Source of the DNA: Eubacteriales bacterium
Lineage (GTDB): Bacteria > Bacillota > Clostridia > Oscillospirales > CAG-272
DNA length: 64,000 nucleotides
Direction: 5' to 3'
Assembly: GCA_045534215.1 (NCBI GenBank)
Contig: JAZSJG010000008.1
Span: 874 to 64,873 of the forward strand
Position 1 is the stretch's first letter, and each line of letters starts with the position of its first letter. The notes below the pieces were generated by a model. The model searched no databases and was not told the origin of the DNA. It saw only the letters and a program-made list of their open reading frames with translations. The translations under genes and the position numbers were made by a program. Below, in pieces: positions 19,202-27,727 of this stretch.

Positions 19202-20476
19202 TTAGAAGAGCTTACATGCACCTACCGGTCTTATACCGAGAACGGTTACAGAGCCCGCACCGAAAACTGATTCCATGAGGTTAAAGTATTCGCTTACGTC
19301 TTTGTTTTTAACGTATGCCTGTATAGTTCCCGCAAATCCGCCACCGTGAACTCTGAATGCAGCATTTTTGCCTGCGAGGTAACCCTCAGTCATTGCGAGG
19401 GCGAGGGACAGTCCTTGTTCCTTTACGTTAATTGTTGTATAAACGTTTTGCAAATATTCAAACGAGGAGCGTCCGGACGCCACAACTCCGGAGAAGAAGC
19501 TTTTGAGCTTTCCGCACTTTATATCCTCTTTCATTTTAGTTACTCTTTCGTTCTCCCTTATGAAGTGGATAGAACGAAGAACGGCTCTGTCGCCGACAAC
19601 TCGGCGTATATTCATGACATTTTTCATTATTTCCTCTTCGGAAAGTCCGCGCAAAACATCTCTGCCGAGCAGCTTAGCTACCGCCTTCATCTCTCCCGGC
19701 ACAGAGGCATAATCGTCATTTAAGTTGGCATGATTGCCGCCCGTGTTAACTATGCAAAGCGAATACCCCGCATCATTGAGATTGAATTCTATCGGTTCAA
19801 TTATGGGGTCCTTTGGATTTTCGAAATCTATATAAACCATTCCGCCCACAGCACACGCCATCTGATCCATAAGACCGCAGGGCTTGCCGTAATACTCGTT
19901 TTCGGAATATTGAGCTATTTTGGCTATTTTCACATTATCAATTTTTCCGTCATTGTATAGGTAGTTCAAAATATTTCCTACCATTACCTCAAATGCAGCA
20001 GATGAGGAAAGCCCGCTGCCCTTTTCAACACTCGAAGTCGAATAAGCATCGTATCCGCCAACGCTGTATCCTTCTTCTGAGAATCCGTTTACCATGCCCG
20101 CAATCAAAGCTGCAGAAGTGAATTTCTTGAATGCTTTTGGGTTTTGTGTATCGAAAATTTTAACCTTGTCCTTTGGATAACCGTCGGACGAGAAATTTAT
20201 AATTCCATCCTCGTTCCTTGAAACTATCGCGATAATATCCTTGGTTATCGAGCCGGCAAGAACCTTGCCGTGATTATGGTCGGTATGATTACCTGCGATT
20301 TCGGTTCTGCCGGGAGTTGAAAATATTTCAATATCCCTCTCATCTCCGTAAAGGTCCGTGAAGCGATCTATTGCCGCCAAAAATCTTTGCTTTTCGCTTT
20401 CAGTATCTCTGTAGATATGAGAATATTTCTCCAACGCACCGTTTTTTATAATTTCCTTTAACTCATTTGCTCTCAT
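19202..20476 (-). CDS. Galactokinase-family GHMP sugar kinase
   Basis: PGRTEIAGNHTDHNHGKVLA (galactokinase signature region), GHMP motif GSGLSSSAA, and GLMDQ. Confidence 0.75.
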   Translation of the reverse strand: MRANELKEIIKNGALEKYSHIYRDTESEKQRFLAAIDRFTDLYGDERDIEIFSTPGRTEIAGNHTDHNHGKVLAGSITKDIIAIVSRNEDGIINFSSDGYPKDKVKIFDTQNPKAFKKFTSAALIAGMVNGFSEEGYSVGGYDAYSTSSVEKGSGLSSSAAFEVMVGNILNYLYNDGKIDNVKIAKIAQYSENEYYGKPCGLMDQMACAVGGMVYIDFENPKDPIIEPIEFNLNDAGYSLCIVNTGGNHANLNDDYASVPGEMKAVAKLLGRDVLRGLSEEEIMKNVMNIRRVVGDRAVLRSIHFIRENERVTKMKEDIKCGKLKSFFSGVVASGRSSFEYLQNVYTTINVKEQGLSLALAMTEGYLAGKNAAFRVHGGGFAGTIQAYVKNKDVSEYFNLMESVFGAGSVTVLGIRPVGACKLF

Positions 20477-21450
20477 TGATTTTTACCTTTGATATTTTTA
20501 ATTAGTTTTTTTGCTGCACAAAGCACTTTTGAAGTCAATTCGTCGAAATCAAGCAAAGCTCCGTCTTCCGAATCGAGATATATACGCTCTACGTCAAGCT
20601 CATGGCGAAACCAGGTGAGCTGTCTTTTTGCGTATCTGCGCGAGGAAATCTTGAGGTTTTCTATAGCTTCAGAAAGCTCACACTTACCTTCAATATATTC
20701 TACAATTTCCTTGTAGCCGATTGCCTGACTTGCTGTTGTGCCGGGCACAAGCTGCCCTGAGAAGTAGAGGTTTTGTACCTCCGAAAGAAGTCCTTGCTCT
20801 ATCATTAAGTCCACTCTGTCGTTTACTCTTTTGTAAAGATTTTCCCTATTATGAAAATCAAGAGTTATCATTCCGAGTGAAATATCTGATGCCGTCTTTT
20901 TTGAAAGCTCGTCGAAATAGCTCTTCGGCTTTCCCGTGGTTTCGTATATCTCGAGTGCACGTATAACACGCCTTACGTTGTTTTTATGTATTTTTTCGGC
21001 TGACACGGGGTCTACCTCGCTCAACCTATTCCACAACGCATCAACATCCCTCTCGCTCTTTATTGACTCAAGCATTTTATCACGAAAAGCCGGGTCACTT
21101 GCCGCGACTTCGTTTGAGCATGCTCTGACAAGAGTATCGATATAGAGTCCTGTACCGCCTACAAAAAGAGGTATTTTCCCCCTTGCAGATATATCCTTTG
21201 CAACCAGGGTGGCATCCTTTCTGTATTCCTCTGTGCTATACTGCTCCTTTGGCAATCGAATGTCAATCAAGTGATGCTTTATGCCCTTTGTTTCCTCGTC
21301 AGTTACCTTTGCCGTGCCTATATCCATGCCTTTATAGATTTGCATGGAGTCGCATGAGATTATTTCTGCTGAAATTTCCTTCGCCAATGCTATCGAAAGA
21401 GCAGTCTTGCCCGCTGCGGTAGGGCCTGTAATTGCAAGACATTTTATCAT
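20473..21450 (-). CDS. miaA: tRNA dimethylallyltransferase
   Basis: ITGPTAAGKTALSIALA P-loop, SCDSMQIYKGMDIGTAK, and RRYAKRQLTWFR. Confidence 0.92.
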   Translation of the reverse strand: MIKCLAITGPTAAGKTALSIALAKEISAEIISCDSMQIYKGMDIGTAKVTDEETKGIKHHLIDIRLPKEQYSTEEYRKDATLVAKDISARGKIPLFVGGTGLYIDTLVRACSNEVAASDPAFRDKMLESIKSERDVDALWNRLSEVDPVSAEKIHKNNVRRVIRALEIYETTGKPKSYFDELSKKTASDISLGMITLDFHNRENLYKRVNDRVDLMIEQGLLSEVQNLYFSGQLVPGTTASQAIGYKEIVEYIEGKCELSEAIENLKISSRRYAKRQLTWFRHELDVERIYLDSEDGALLDFDELTSKVLCAAKKLIKNIKGKNQ

Positions 21451-21451
21451 T

Positions 21452-22378
21452 TTAAGACTCTATCCAACGAACTATATCTGAAAAAACTTCCCCGCGGTTT
21501 GTTTCATTAAACAATTCGTGTCTTGCTCCTTCATACATTTTAAGCGATACGGACTTACATCCTGCTATAAGCAACTTTTTATATATATAATCCGGACCCT
21601 TGCCATAATTTCCAACAGGGTCCATATCTCCGCTTATTACGAGCGTCGGAAGCTCCTTTGGATAATTGTCAAACCACTCTTTAGTATTACATTTCTGTAT
21701 CATTTCGAAGAGGTCTATATATGCCGATACGGTAAACTCGAAATTAGTAAACTTATCTTCCGAGCGGCCGATAACCAGTGGGATTTCCCTAGTGAGCCAT
21801 GCTACGTCGCCCTCTTCCTTAGGGAATTTTTTATTATAAGAGCCGAATGCCAGATTCTTTATAAGTCCACTGCGGTGCATCGGTCCCTTTACAAGCTTTA
21901 TAAGCTTTGCGAGTGCCTTGCCGAAGGGCAAAAGCCCGTTCGGACCTGATGTTCCGTGTATTATTGCTTTTTGTATGCTGTGCGGATGCTTTTCAATATA
22001 AAGACGTGTTATAAACGAGCCCATGCTGTGTCCGAAAACTATCAGCGGAAGAGAAGGATACGTAGTACGTAAGTACTTATTCATAGTGTGCATATCAGCA
22101 ACAACAGTTTCAACGCCGTTCTTTTCACAAAAAAATCCAAGCTCATCGCGGCAAGCAGCTGTTTTACCGTGACCTAGATGATGATGTCCTGCAAAAATAT
22201 ATCCCTGTCCGGTAAGATAGTCCGCGAGCTCCCTATATCTGCCAACGTAATCAATCATTCCGTGGGCTAACTGAATTACTCCCTTTGCCGCAGTCGTTTT
22301 AGGAGTATATACTTCTGCGTAAACGGTATGCTTACCGTCATGTGATGGAAATGAGGTTTCAAAAAAATTATAATTCAT
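21452..22378 (-). CDS. Alpha/beta hydrolase (lysophospholipase/monoacylglycerol-lipase-like)
   Basis: Nucleophile elbow GHSMGS; HG oxyanion region LAHGM; about 308 aa. Confidence 0.75.
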   Translation of the reverse strand: MNYNFFETSFPSHDGKHTVYAEVYTPKTTAAKGVIQLAHGMIDYVGRYRELADYLTGQGYIFAGHHHLGHGKTAACRDELGFFCEKNGVETVVADMHTMNKYLRTTYPSLPLIVFGHSMGSFITRLYIEKHPHSIQKAIIHGTSGPNGLLPFGKALAKLIKLVKGPMHRSGLIKNLAFGSYNKKFPKEEGDVAWLTREIPLVIGRSEDKFTNFEFTVSAYIDLFEMIQKCNTKEWFDNYPKELPTLVISGDMDPVGNYGKGPDYIYKKLLIAGCKSVSLKMYEGARHELFNETNRGEVFSDIVRWIES

Positions 22379-22412
22379 AAAATCACCTCCGTATTAAAAT
22401 CAGATAGTTGCA

Positions 22413-23354
22413 TTACTGTATCGGACGCTTTGAAACAAATTCTATAATTTCGCTTTCGGTAGGCATTGATATAGATGCTCCCACGCGCGAAACGACTATA
22501 GCACCTGCTGCAGCACCAAATCGACACGCCTCAATGATATTTCCGTTTTCAAGATACTTAAGTGTCATAGCAGCGGTAAACGCATCGCCTGCTGCTACTG
22601 TATCAACAATTTTATCGGGTCTGTATGAGGGGACCATGCTGTAATGCTTGCCGTCGTATATAAATACTCCTCTTGCACCTTGCTTTATTACAATATACTT
22701 GCATTTTACACGCCTGAAAAGTGCATGAGCAGCACGCAGTGATGACTCTGCTCCGGCGGGAAGTATACCCGTGTATTCCAGCGTTTCGGTTTCATTTGGA
22801 GAGAAAACTTCAACGGGCGGAAGAGATTCAAGCGGATAATTCTTATCCGCCGGTGTTCCGTCTACAAAAATCGGAATCCCCTTTGCAGAAGCTATACGCG
22901 AGGCGTAAAGTGCGGTTTCAAATGAGCTTTCGAAGCCGACATACAGTGCTTCGGGATTAGAAGTAAATGCCTCTGCGATATTGTCGGGCATTATTTTCAG
23001 ATTTGCTCCGGGATAATAAATTATTCTATTTTGTCCCTCGCCATCCTTCATTATTGCGGCAAATCCGGTGGGGTTTTCCCTGTCAACCTTTACGTACGAG
23101 GTATTAAGCTGCTGCTCCTTGAAATAAGAATAAAGCTTTTGTCCGTGCAGGTCTGCGCCAAGACGCGTGCAGAAAATTGCCTCAGCACCCAGCTTGCGAA
23201 ATGCTATTGCTGCATTTGCACCCTTACCGCCGGGTGTATATGATACGCCGCCATCGTCTATAAGTGTTTCACCCGGTGCGGGTATTTTACAAACGTTCAT
23301 AGAGAGGTCCATATTAGAACTTCCAACAACCAGCACTTTTTTATCCTTCAACAT
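22413..23354 (-). CDS. PfkB-family carbohydrate kinase, ribokinase-like
   Basis: VVGSSNMDL, GGKGANAA, and DTVAAGDAFTAA (PfkB signature 2). Confidence 0.8.
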   Translation of the reverse strand: MLKDKKVLVVGSSNMDLSMNVCKIPAPGETLIDDGGVSYTPGGKGANAAIAFRKLGAEAIFCTRLGADLHGQKLYSYFKEQQLNTSYVKVDRENPTGFAAIMKDGEGQNRIIYYPGANLKIMPDNIAEAFTSNPEALYVGFESSFETALYASRIASAKGIPIFVDGTPADKNYPLESLPPVEVFSPNETETLEYTGILPAGAESSLRAAHALFRRVKCKYIVIKQGARGVFIYDGKHYSMVPSYRPDKIVDTVAAGDAFTAAMTLKYLENGNIIEACRFGAAAGAIVVSRVGASISMPTESEIIEFVSKRPIQ

Positions 23355-23389
23355 TGCCTTATCCTTTCTTGAAACGTTACATTTTGAAA

Positions 23390-25720
23390 TTAAATTAATG
23401 CCTCTTCTGTGCGTGAAAGCTTGAAGACAGCCGTCTTGTCAGAGAGCTCCTTTGCAAGAGCGGATTCTCTCGCTCTGCAAGTGAAAACGAAGCTCTGATG
23501 TCCTTCTTTGGCAAGGGACGCAATAGCTTTCATCATTGATTTGGCTCTTATGTTATCCTGGTGTGCAAAGCTCTCGTCGAAGCAGACGGGGGGCTTTTCC
23601 GCATACAGCATGTCAACAAGTGCCATTCGCACTGCAATATAAGCAAGGTCTCTTGTTCCGCCGGAAAGAAAATCTACTGATTTATCCTTGCCAAGATAGT
23701 CCTTAAACGTTACTTTAAGACCATGGTTTACATCAAACGAAGTATATTTGCTATCCGTCATAACCTCCATAAGCGCGGTTGAATATTCAGCAAGACGCGG
23801 AGATATTGCCTCGCGAAGATTATCGCTTGCATTTTCAATCGCACCAAGAGCAAGATAATATGCCTTGTGCTGCAGCTTAAGCTCTTCTATTCTTTCGTCG
23901 TTTGCCTGCATTTTAGAATAAAGCTCACCGGGGTCTATGGCGCGAGTTTTGAGTTCAGAAAGCTCATTTTCAACCTCTTCGGCAAGCACGTCGAATGCAG
24001 ATATTCTAATCTTGCACTCCTCTATTCCCTCAACAATGGTGTCATAATCTATTTCATTAAGCACCTTTCTCTTCAGCGGAGGAACTTGACCTCTTATATC
24101 TATCTCACTCTTATCCGACAGAAGTCCTCTTAGCTCTCTTACCCTTATTTCAATTGCAAGACGCTCATCGAGAATCTTCTTTTCTCCGTCAATGAAATCT
24201 CTTACATTCTGTTCAAGCCCGTCAAGAAATTCGTTAAGTGAAGAGCGAGGGGGCTCTTCTCCCCAGCGTAAAATAACCTCGAGCAATTCATTCTTTGCCT
24301 TCTCGTAAGCGATTTTTGCTCTTTCAAGAGCCGCTTTCGCATTCTCTGTGCTTCTAATCATACCGTCACGCTTTGCACGCGCCTCAGCTATCACTTCAAC
24401 CTTTGCACGAAGCTCCTGGTATGATGATGTTGAGAAGCTTTCCTCAAGCGCCTTTTGACGCTTTTGATTTCTTAGGAAGAAAAGCACCATAGTTACTGCA
24501 GCAGCGACACCTGCAGCTCCGAGCAGTCCGAAAGCGAGTCTTGGAAGCACTGTTGCAAGTGCTCCCTTTGCCACTATTTCAAAAATTATTGATGCCAAAG
24601 CCACAAGACCTGCACCTATGAGTGCAGCAATGTTCTTTATAATATTCATTCGTACAGCTTTAGCGTTCGCAAGTATCTCTGCCTCACCACCAAGCTTATC
24701 CGATATGGCGATTGCATTTTCTGTTTCTTTTGTAATACCGATAGCGTTTTTCTCATCCATATAGAGCTTATCGGCATCCTTGAGATTTTTATACGCATCG
24801 TCAACTGTTCTTCTGGCAACGGCTATATCTGTAAGATACTGGACGGTGGGAACGAAGCCCTGGCGAGTATTCTCTGCTATGTACGCATTGTACTCATCGT
24901 TTTTCTCATCATACTCACGCTCAAGTGCATGAAGACGGTCAAAATCCTGAATTATAAGCACGTTTTTATAGCAAAGGTCGAGGTCTATCAGTTTTTCCTT
25001 CTTGTCAACTTCCTCTTGTCTTGCCTGTTTAATTTCGTGCAGCTTTGCTTCTTTAACAAGTATGAGCTTGTTATCCTCATCGGCACGCTTAAAGCGCACC
25101 TCAAGGTCGTCTGCCTTTCTCATAAGGTCTGTTATGACACCGCCCATTCCGTTTTTGTGGAGTATTGTTTCCATCTTTACGGCAATTCTCGATGCAGCGC
25201 GCTGATTATTCAGTCTTTCGCTTCCTGAGAACAAAATATTTTCTATCGACTCCTTAACTGAACCCTCGTTAATTCTCGGGTCGCCGATTTGTCCTATAAA
25301 TGCCGTATTCTCAAACAGCTCACGGTCTACCCCGAAGAAAACCTCTCCTGCCGGAACCTTTCCAAAAGCCGGAGAACCTGTTTCAAGGTCAAGTATAGCG
25401 CACTCCTCTTTGTACGCGTTTCTTCCCGAATTTTCAACGCGGGTTGTGCTTCTGGTTATTAAATATCTCTTTCCCTTGACAAGCACCGTCATAGAGCCGC
25501 CGGCAACGCCCGTATCCCAGTTAAGACGCTTTGTAACCTCTGATATCTCCTCATCGCCCGGTGTCGTGCTAAATCCGTAGAGCATATATTTTATAAAAGC
25601 GGCAATAGTACTTTTTCCCGCTTCATTCTGCCCTTCTATTACGTTTATGGAATCGGAAAATTCAAGCGTCATATCGGTAAGCATACCGAAAGTGTTAATA
25701 TTGATTTTTTCGATTATCAT
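23390..25720 (-). CDS. SMC/SbcC-like AAA ATPase with central transmembrane helices (YhaN-like)
   Basis: N-terminal Walker A GQNEAGKST. Long coiled coils. Hydrophobic block IAALIGAGLVALASIIFEIV...LLGAAGVAAAVTMVLFFL. C-terminal SGGTRDLAY signature and Walker B VCFDESF. Confidence 0.75.
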   Translation of the reverse strand: MIIEKININTFGMLTDMTLEFSDSINVIEGQNEAGKSTIAAFIKYMLYGFSTTPGDEEISEVTKRLNWDTGVAGGSMTVLVKGKRYLITRSTTRVENSGRNAYKEECAILDLETGSPAFGKVPAGEVFFGVDRELFENTAFIGQIGDPRINEGSVKESIENILFSGSERLNNQRAASRIAVKMETILHKNGMGGVITDLMRKADDLEVRFKRADEDNKLILVKEAKLHEIKQARQEEVDKKEKLIDLDLCYKNVLIIQDFDRLHALEREYDEKNDEYNAYIAENTRQGFVPTVQYLTDIAVARRTVDDAYKNLKDADKLYMDEKNAIGITKETENAIAISDKLGGEAEILANAKAVRMNIIKNIAALIGAGLVALASIIFEIVAKGALATVLPRLAFGLLGAAGVAAAVTMVLFFLRNQKRQKALEESFSTSSYQELRAKVEVIAEARAKRDGMIRSTENAKAALERAKIAYEKAKNELLEVILRWGEEPPRSSLNEFLDGLEQNVRDFIDGEKKILDERLAIEIRVRELRGLLSDKSEIDIRGQVPPLKRKVLNEIDYDTIVEGIEECKIRISAFDVLAEEVENELSELKTRAIDPGELYSKMQANDERIEELKLQHKAYYLALGAIENASDNLREAISPRLAEYSTALMEVMTDSKYTSFDVNHGLKVTFKDYLGKDKSVDFLSGGTRDLAYIAVRMALVDMLYAEKPPVCFDESFAHQDNIRAKSMMKAIASLAKEGHQSFVFTCRARESALAKELSDKTAVFKLSRTEEALI

Positions 25721-25786
25721 TTTATTCTCCGTTCTGCCGCGAGAATCGGCAACTTATTTTGTATGAATCAAAAGTAAAAATCACTT

Positions 25787-26491
25787 TCACTCGTCCCGCC
25801 CGAAGTCGCTCGAGAGAAATTTTATTGAACGCTGTACAGAGTCCTTCGAATTGTACCACGGCTCCTCGTCATATCTGTAATCAAATTTCTTACAGAACCA
25901 AGAAACGTCACCGCGAAGCTCCGATATGTATTTTTTATTTATGCTATGTGCCGCCTCATAAATATTCCGGAAGCTCTTTTTGTTAAGCTTTTTCGAGGCG
26001 TAATCAAGCATTTTCCTATAGTGAGGCAGGCAAAAATAAGGCACCCGTTCAAAGCGCTTTACAAATTCAAAATCGCTTTCGTAAAGGTAAACCGCAGTTG
26101 CTATCATGGCAGAAAGATTTTTATCAATCCTCGAGCACACGTAACAGCTTTCCTCAAGCTTCAAAAGGTCGTTTATGCTCGACTGTGCCTTATTTCCCAA
26201 AAGAGCTCTGCCGTCAAGTGTTTTTTCCACCTCGGCAAGATGGCTTTCAAGGATAAGCCCCATACCGAGCATACGCTTGCGCTTAAGCATCATTGCGTAG
26301 TGAGAATCGCAAAATCCAAGCTCATTTGTGCGCATTCGGATATCCGGCTCCATCATCGAGGCACCGAGAATTATATCGATTTCATCATTCTGCAGTTTTT
26401 TATAAAGCACGCAAAACGGACAAGAACACTCTTTTTTTTCAGCTACAGCTTCAAATGCTTCATTTACCGGTATAGTGTAAATTTGTTCCAT
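25787..26491 (-). CDS. Cys-rich hypothetical protein (234 aa)
   Basis: Good coding frame. Motifs CSCPFC, FCDSH, CYVC and FCLPH suggest metal binding. It lies directly upstream of, and co-oriented with, the YhaN-like ATPase. Confidence 0.6.
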   Translation of the reverse strand: MEQIYTIPVNEAFEAVAEKKECSCPFCVLYKKLQNDEIDIILGASMMEPDIRMRTNELGFCDSHYAMMLKRKRMLGMGLILESHLAEVEKTLDGRALLGNKAQSSINDLLKLEESCYVCSRIDKNLSAMIATAVYLYESDFEFVKRFERVPYFCLPHYRKMLDYASKKLNKKSFRNIYEAAHSINKKYISELRGDVSWFCKKFDYRYDEEPWYNSKDSVQRSIKFLSSDFGRDE

Positions 26492-26540
26492 ATTTTCCTC
26501 AACAGTAATTATCTACCTCCTATAAAATAACTTATAGGGG

Positions 26541-26569
26541 TTGAAACTCATGACAAAATGTGCTAAAAT
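26541..26569 (+). promoter_or_regulatory. Candidate promoter of ogg
   Basis: TTGAAA (26541-26546), 17-nt spacer, TGcTAAAAT (extended -10, 26561-26569). Confidence 0.5.
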
Positions 26570-26637
26570 TATATAAAATATTATACTACAAGTATAATTA
26601 TACAATATGCTACAGCAATTTGCAAGGGAGAAATTAA

Positions 26638-27582
26638 ATGTTTTCTCAAAAAAGAGAAGTAATTTCGGGGCGATGCGCCATTGTCGTGTCAAACCTCGGT
26701 CACTATAGCTTAAAGGACACGCTGGAATGCGGTCAATGCTTCAGATATGAAAAGATTTCACAAACGCCTGATTACATAGAATATCTGACAGTAATCGGCG
26801 GGCTTGTCGTTGTTGTCGGACAGCGCAAAGCGGGGGAGCTTATATTCTATGAAGCAAGCGATGAGGATTTTGATAAAGTTCTTCGCCCTTATTTTTCACT
26901 TGATACCGACTATGAAAAAATACGCGAGGATATAATAAGCAGGTGTTCAAATCCAAAATTAAAGGAGGCAAGTGAAGCGGGTCGCGGAATAGCCATTCTT
27001 AAGCAAGACCCTTGGGAAGCACTATTTTCATTTATCGTGTCTCAGAACAACAATATCCCGAGAATACGAAAAATTATTAAAAGCATTTGCGCCGGATACG
27101 GAGCAAACATAAGCTTGCAGCAAAAAAGAAGGGAGTGCCCTCTAAAGAAAGTCGACGGTGGTATCGATGAAAAGGTATGCAAGGACTGCGGCTGTTGCTA
27201 CAGCTTCCCGACACCCGCGGACGTGTTAAATAATCCCGACGTTCTTGCCGCAGCCAAGGTAGGTTTCAGATACAAATATTTATTAGATGCAGCGTTCAAG
27301 GTCAACACAGGTGAAATAAATCTTGATATGATTGGTGCAGCTCGTTCCTATCAACATGCTGTTGATTGTTTGATGGAAATTAAAGGAGTCGGACTCAAGG
27401 TGGCATCCTGTGTCGCTCTGTTCGGCTTTGGATGCCTTGAAGCATTCCCTGTTGACGTATGGATAAAAAGAGCGATAGACGAATACTTTGACGGGGACCT
27501 TGATTATATGTCACTTGGCAGATACGCCGGCATTGCACAGCAATACATATTTCACTATGCAAGAAACATAGATAAAGCTTAA
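26638..27582 (+). CDS. ogg: 8-oxoguanine DNA glycosylase / AP lyase (Ogg, HhH-GPD family)
   Basis: DPWEALFSFIVSQNNNIPRI, HhH region GVGLKVASCVALFG, and FPVDVWIKR with the catalytic Lys/Asp context. Confidence 0.8.
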   Translation: MFSQKREVISGRCAIVVSNLGHYSLKDTLECGQCFRYEKISQTPDYIEYLTVIGGLVVVVGQRKAGELIFYEASDEDFDKVLRPYFSLDTDYEKIREDIISRCSNPKLKEASEAGRGIAILKQDPWEALFSFIVSQNNNIPRIRKIIKSICAGYGANISLQQKRRECPLKKVDGGIDEKVCKDCGCCYSFPTPADVLNNPDVLAAAKVGFRYKYLLDAAFKVNTGEINLDMIGAARSYQHAVDCLMEIKGVGLKVASCVALFGFGCLEAFPVDVWIKRAIDEYFDGDLDYMSLGRYAGIAQQYIFHYARNIDKA

Positions 27583-27651
27583 ATTTACATTTTGCTGACA
27601 AAAGCGTGTTTATGGACCAAAACTGCCAACAAGCTCTCATAAGCATAGAAT

Positions 27652-27700
27652 AAAAAAACACTTACGATGGCGAAAAATCGCTTTCCGTAAGTGCTTTTTG
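27652..27700. terminator. Bidirectional terminator between the convergent ogg and infB genes
   Basis: An A7 run, then cacttacg (27659-27666) pairing with cgtaagtg (27686-27693), inner stem gcga/tcgc, then CTTTTT. Confidence 0.7.
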
Positions 27701-27727
27701 TCACACGGGGGTATGTTTTCGTGTATT

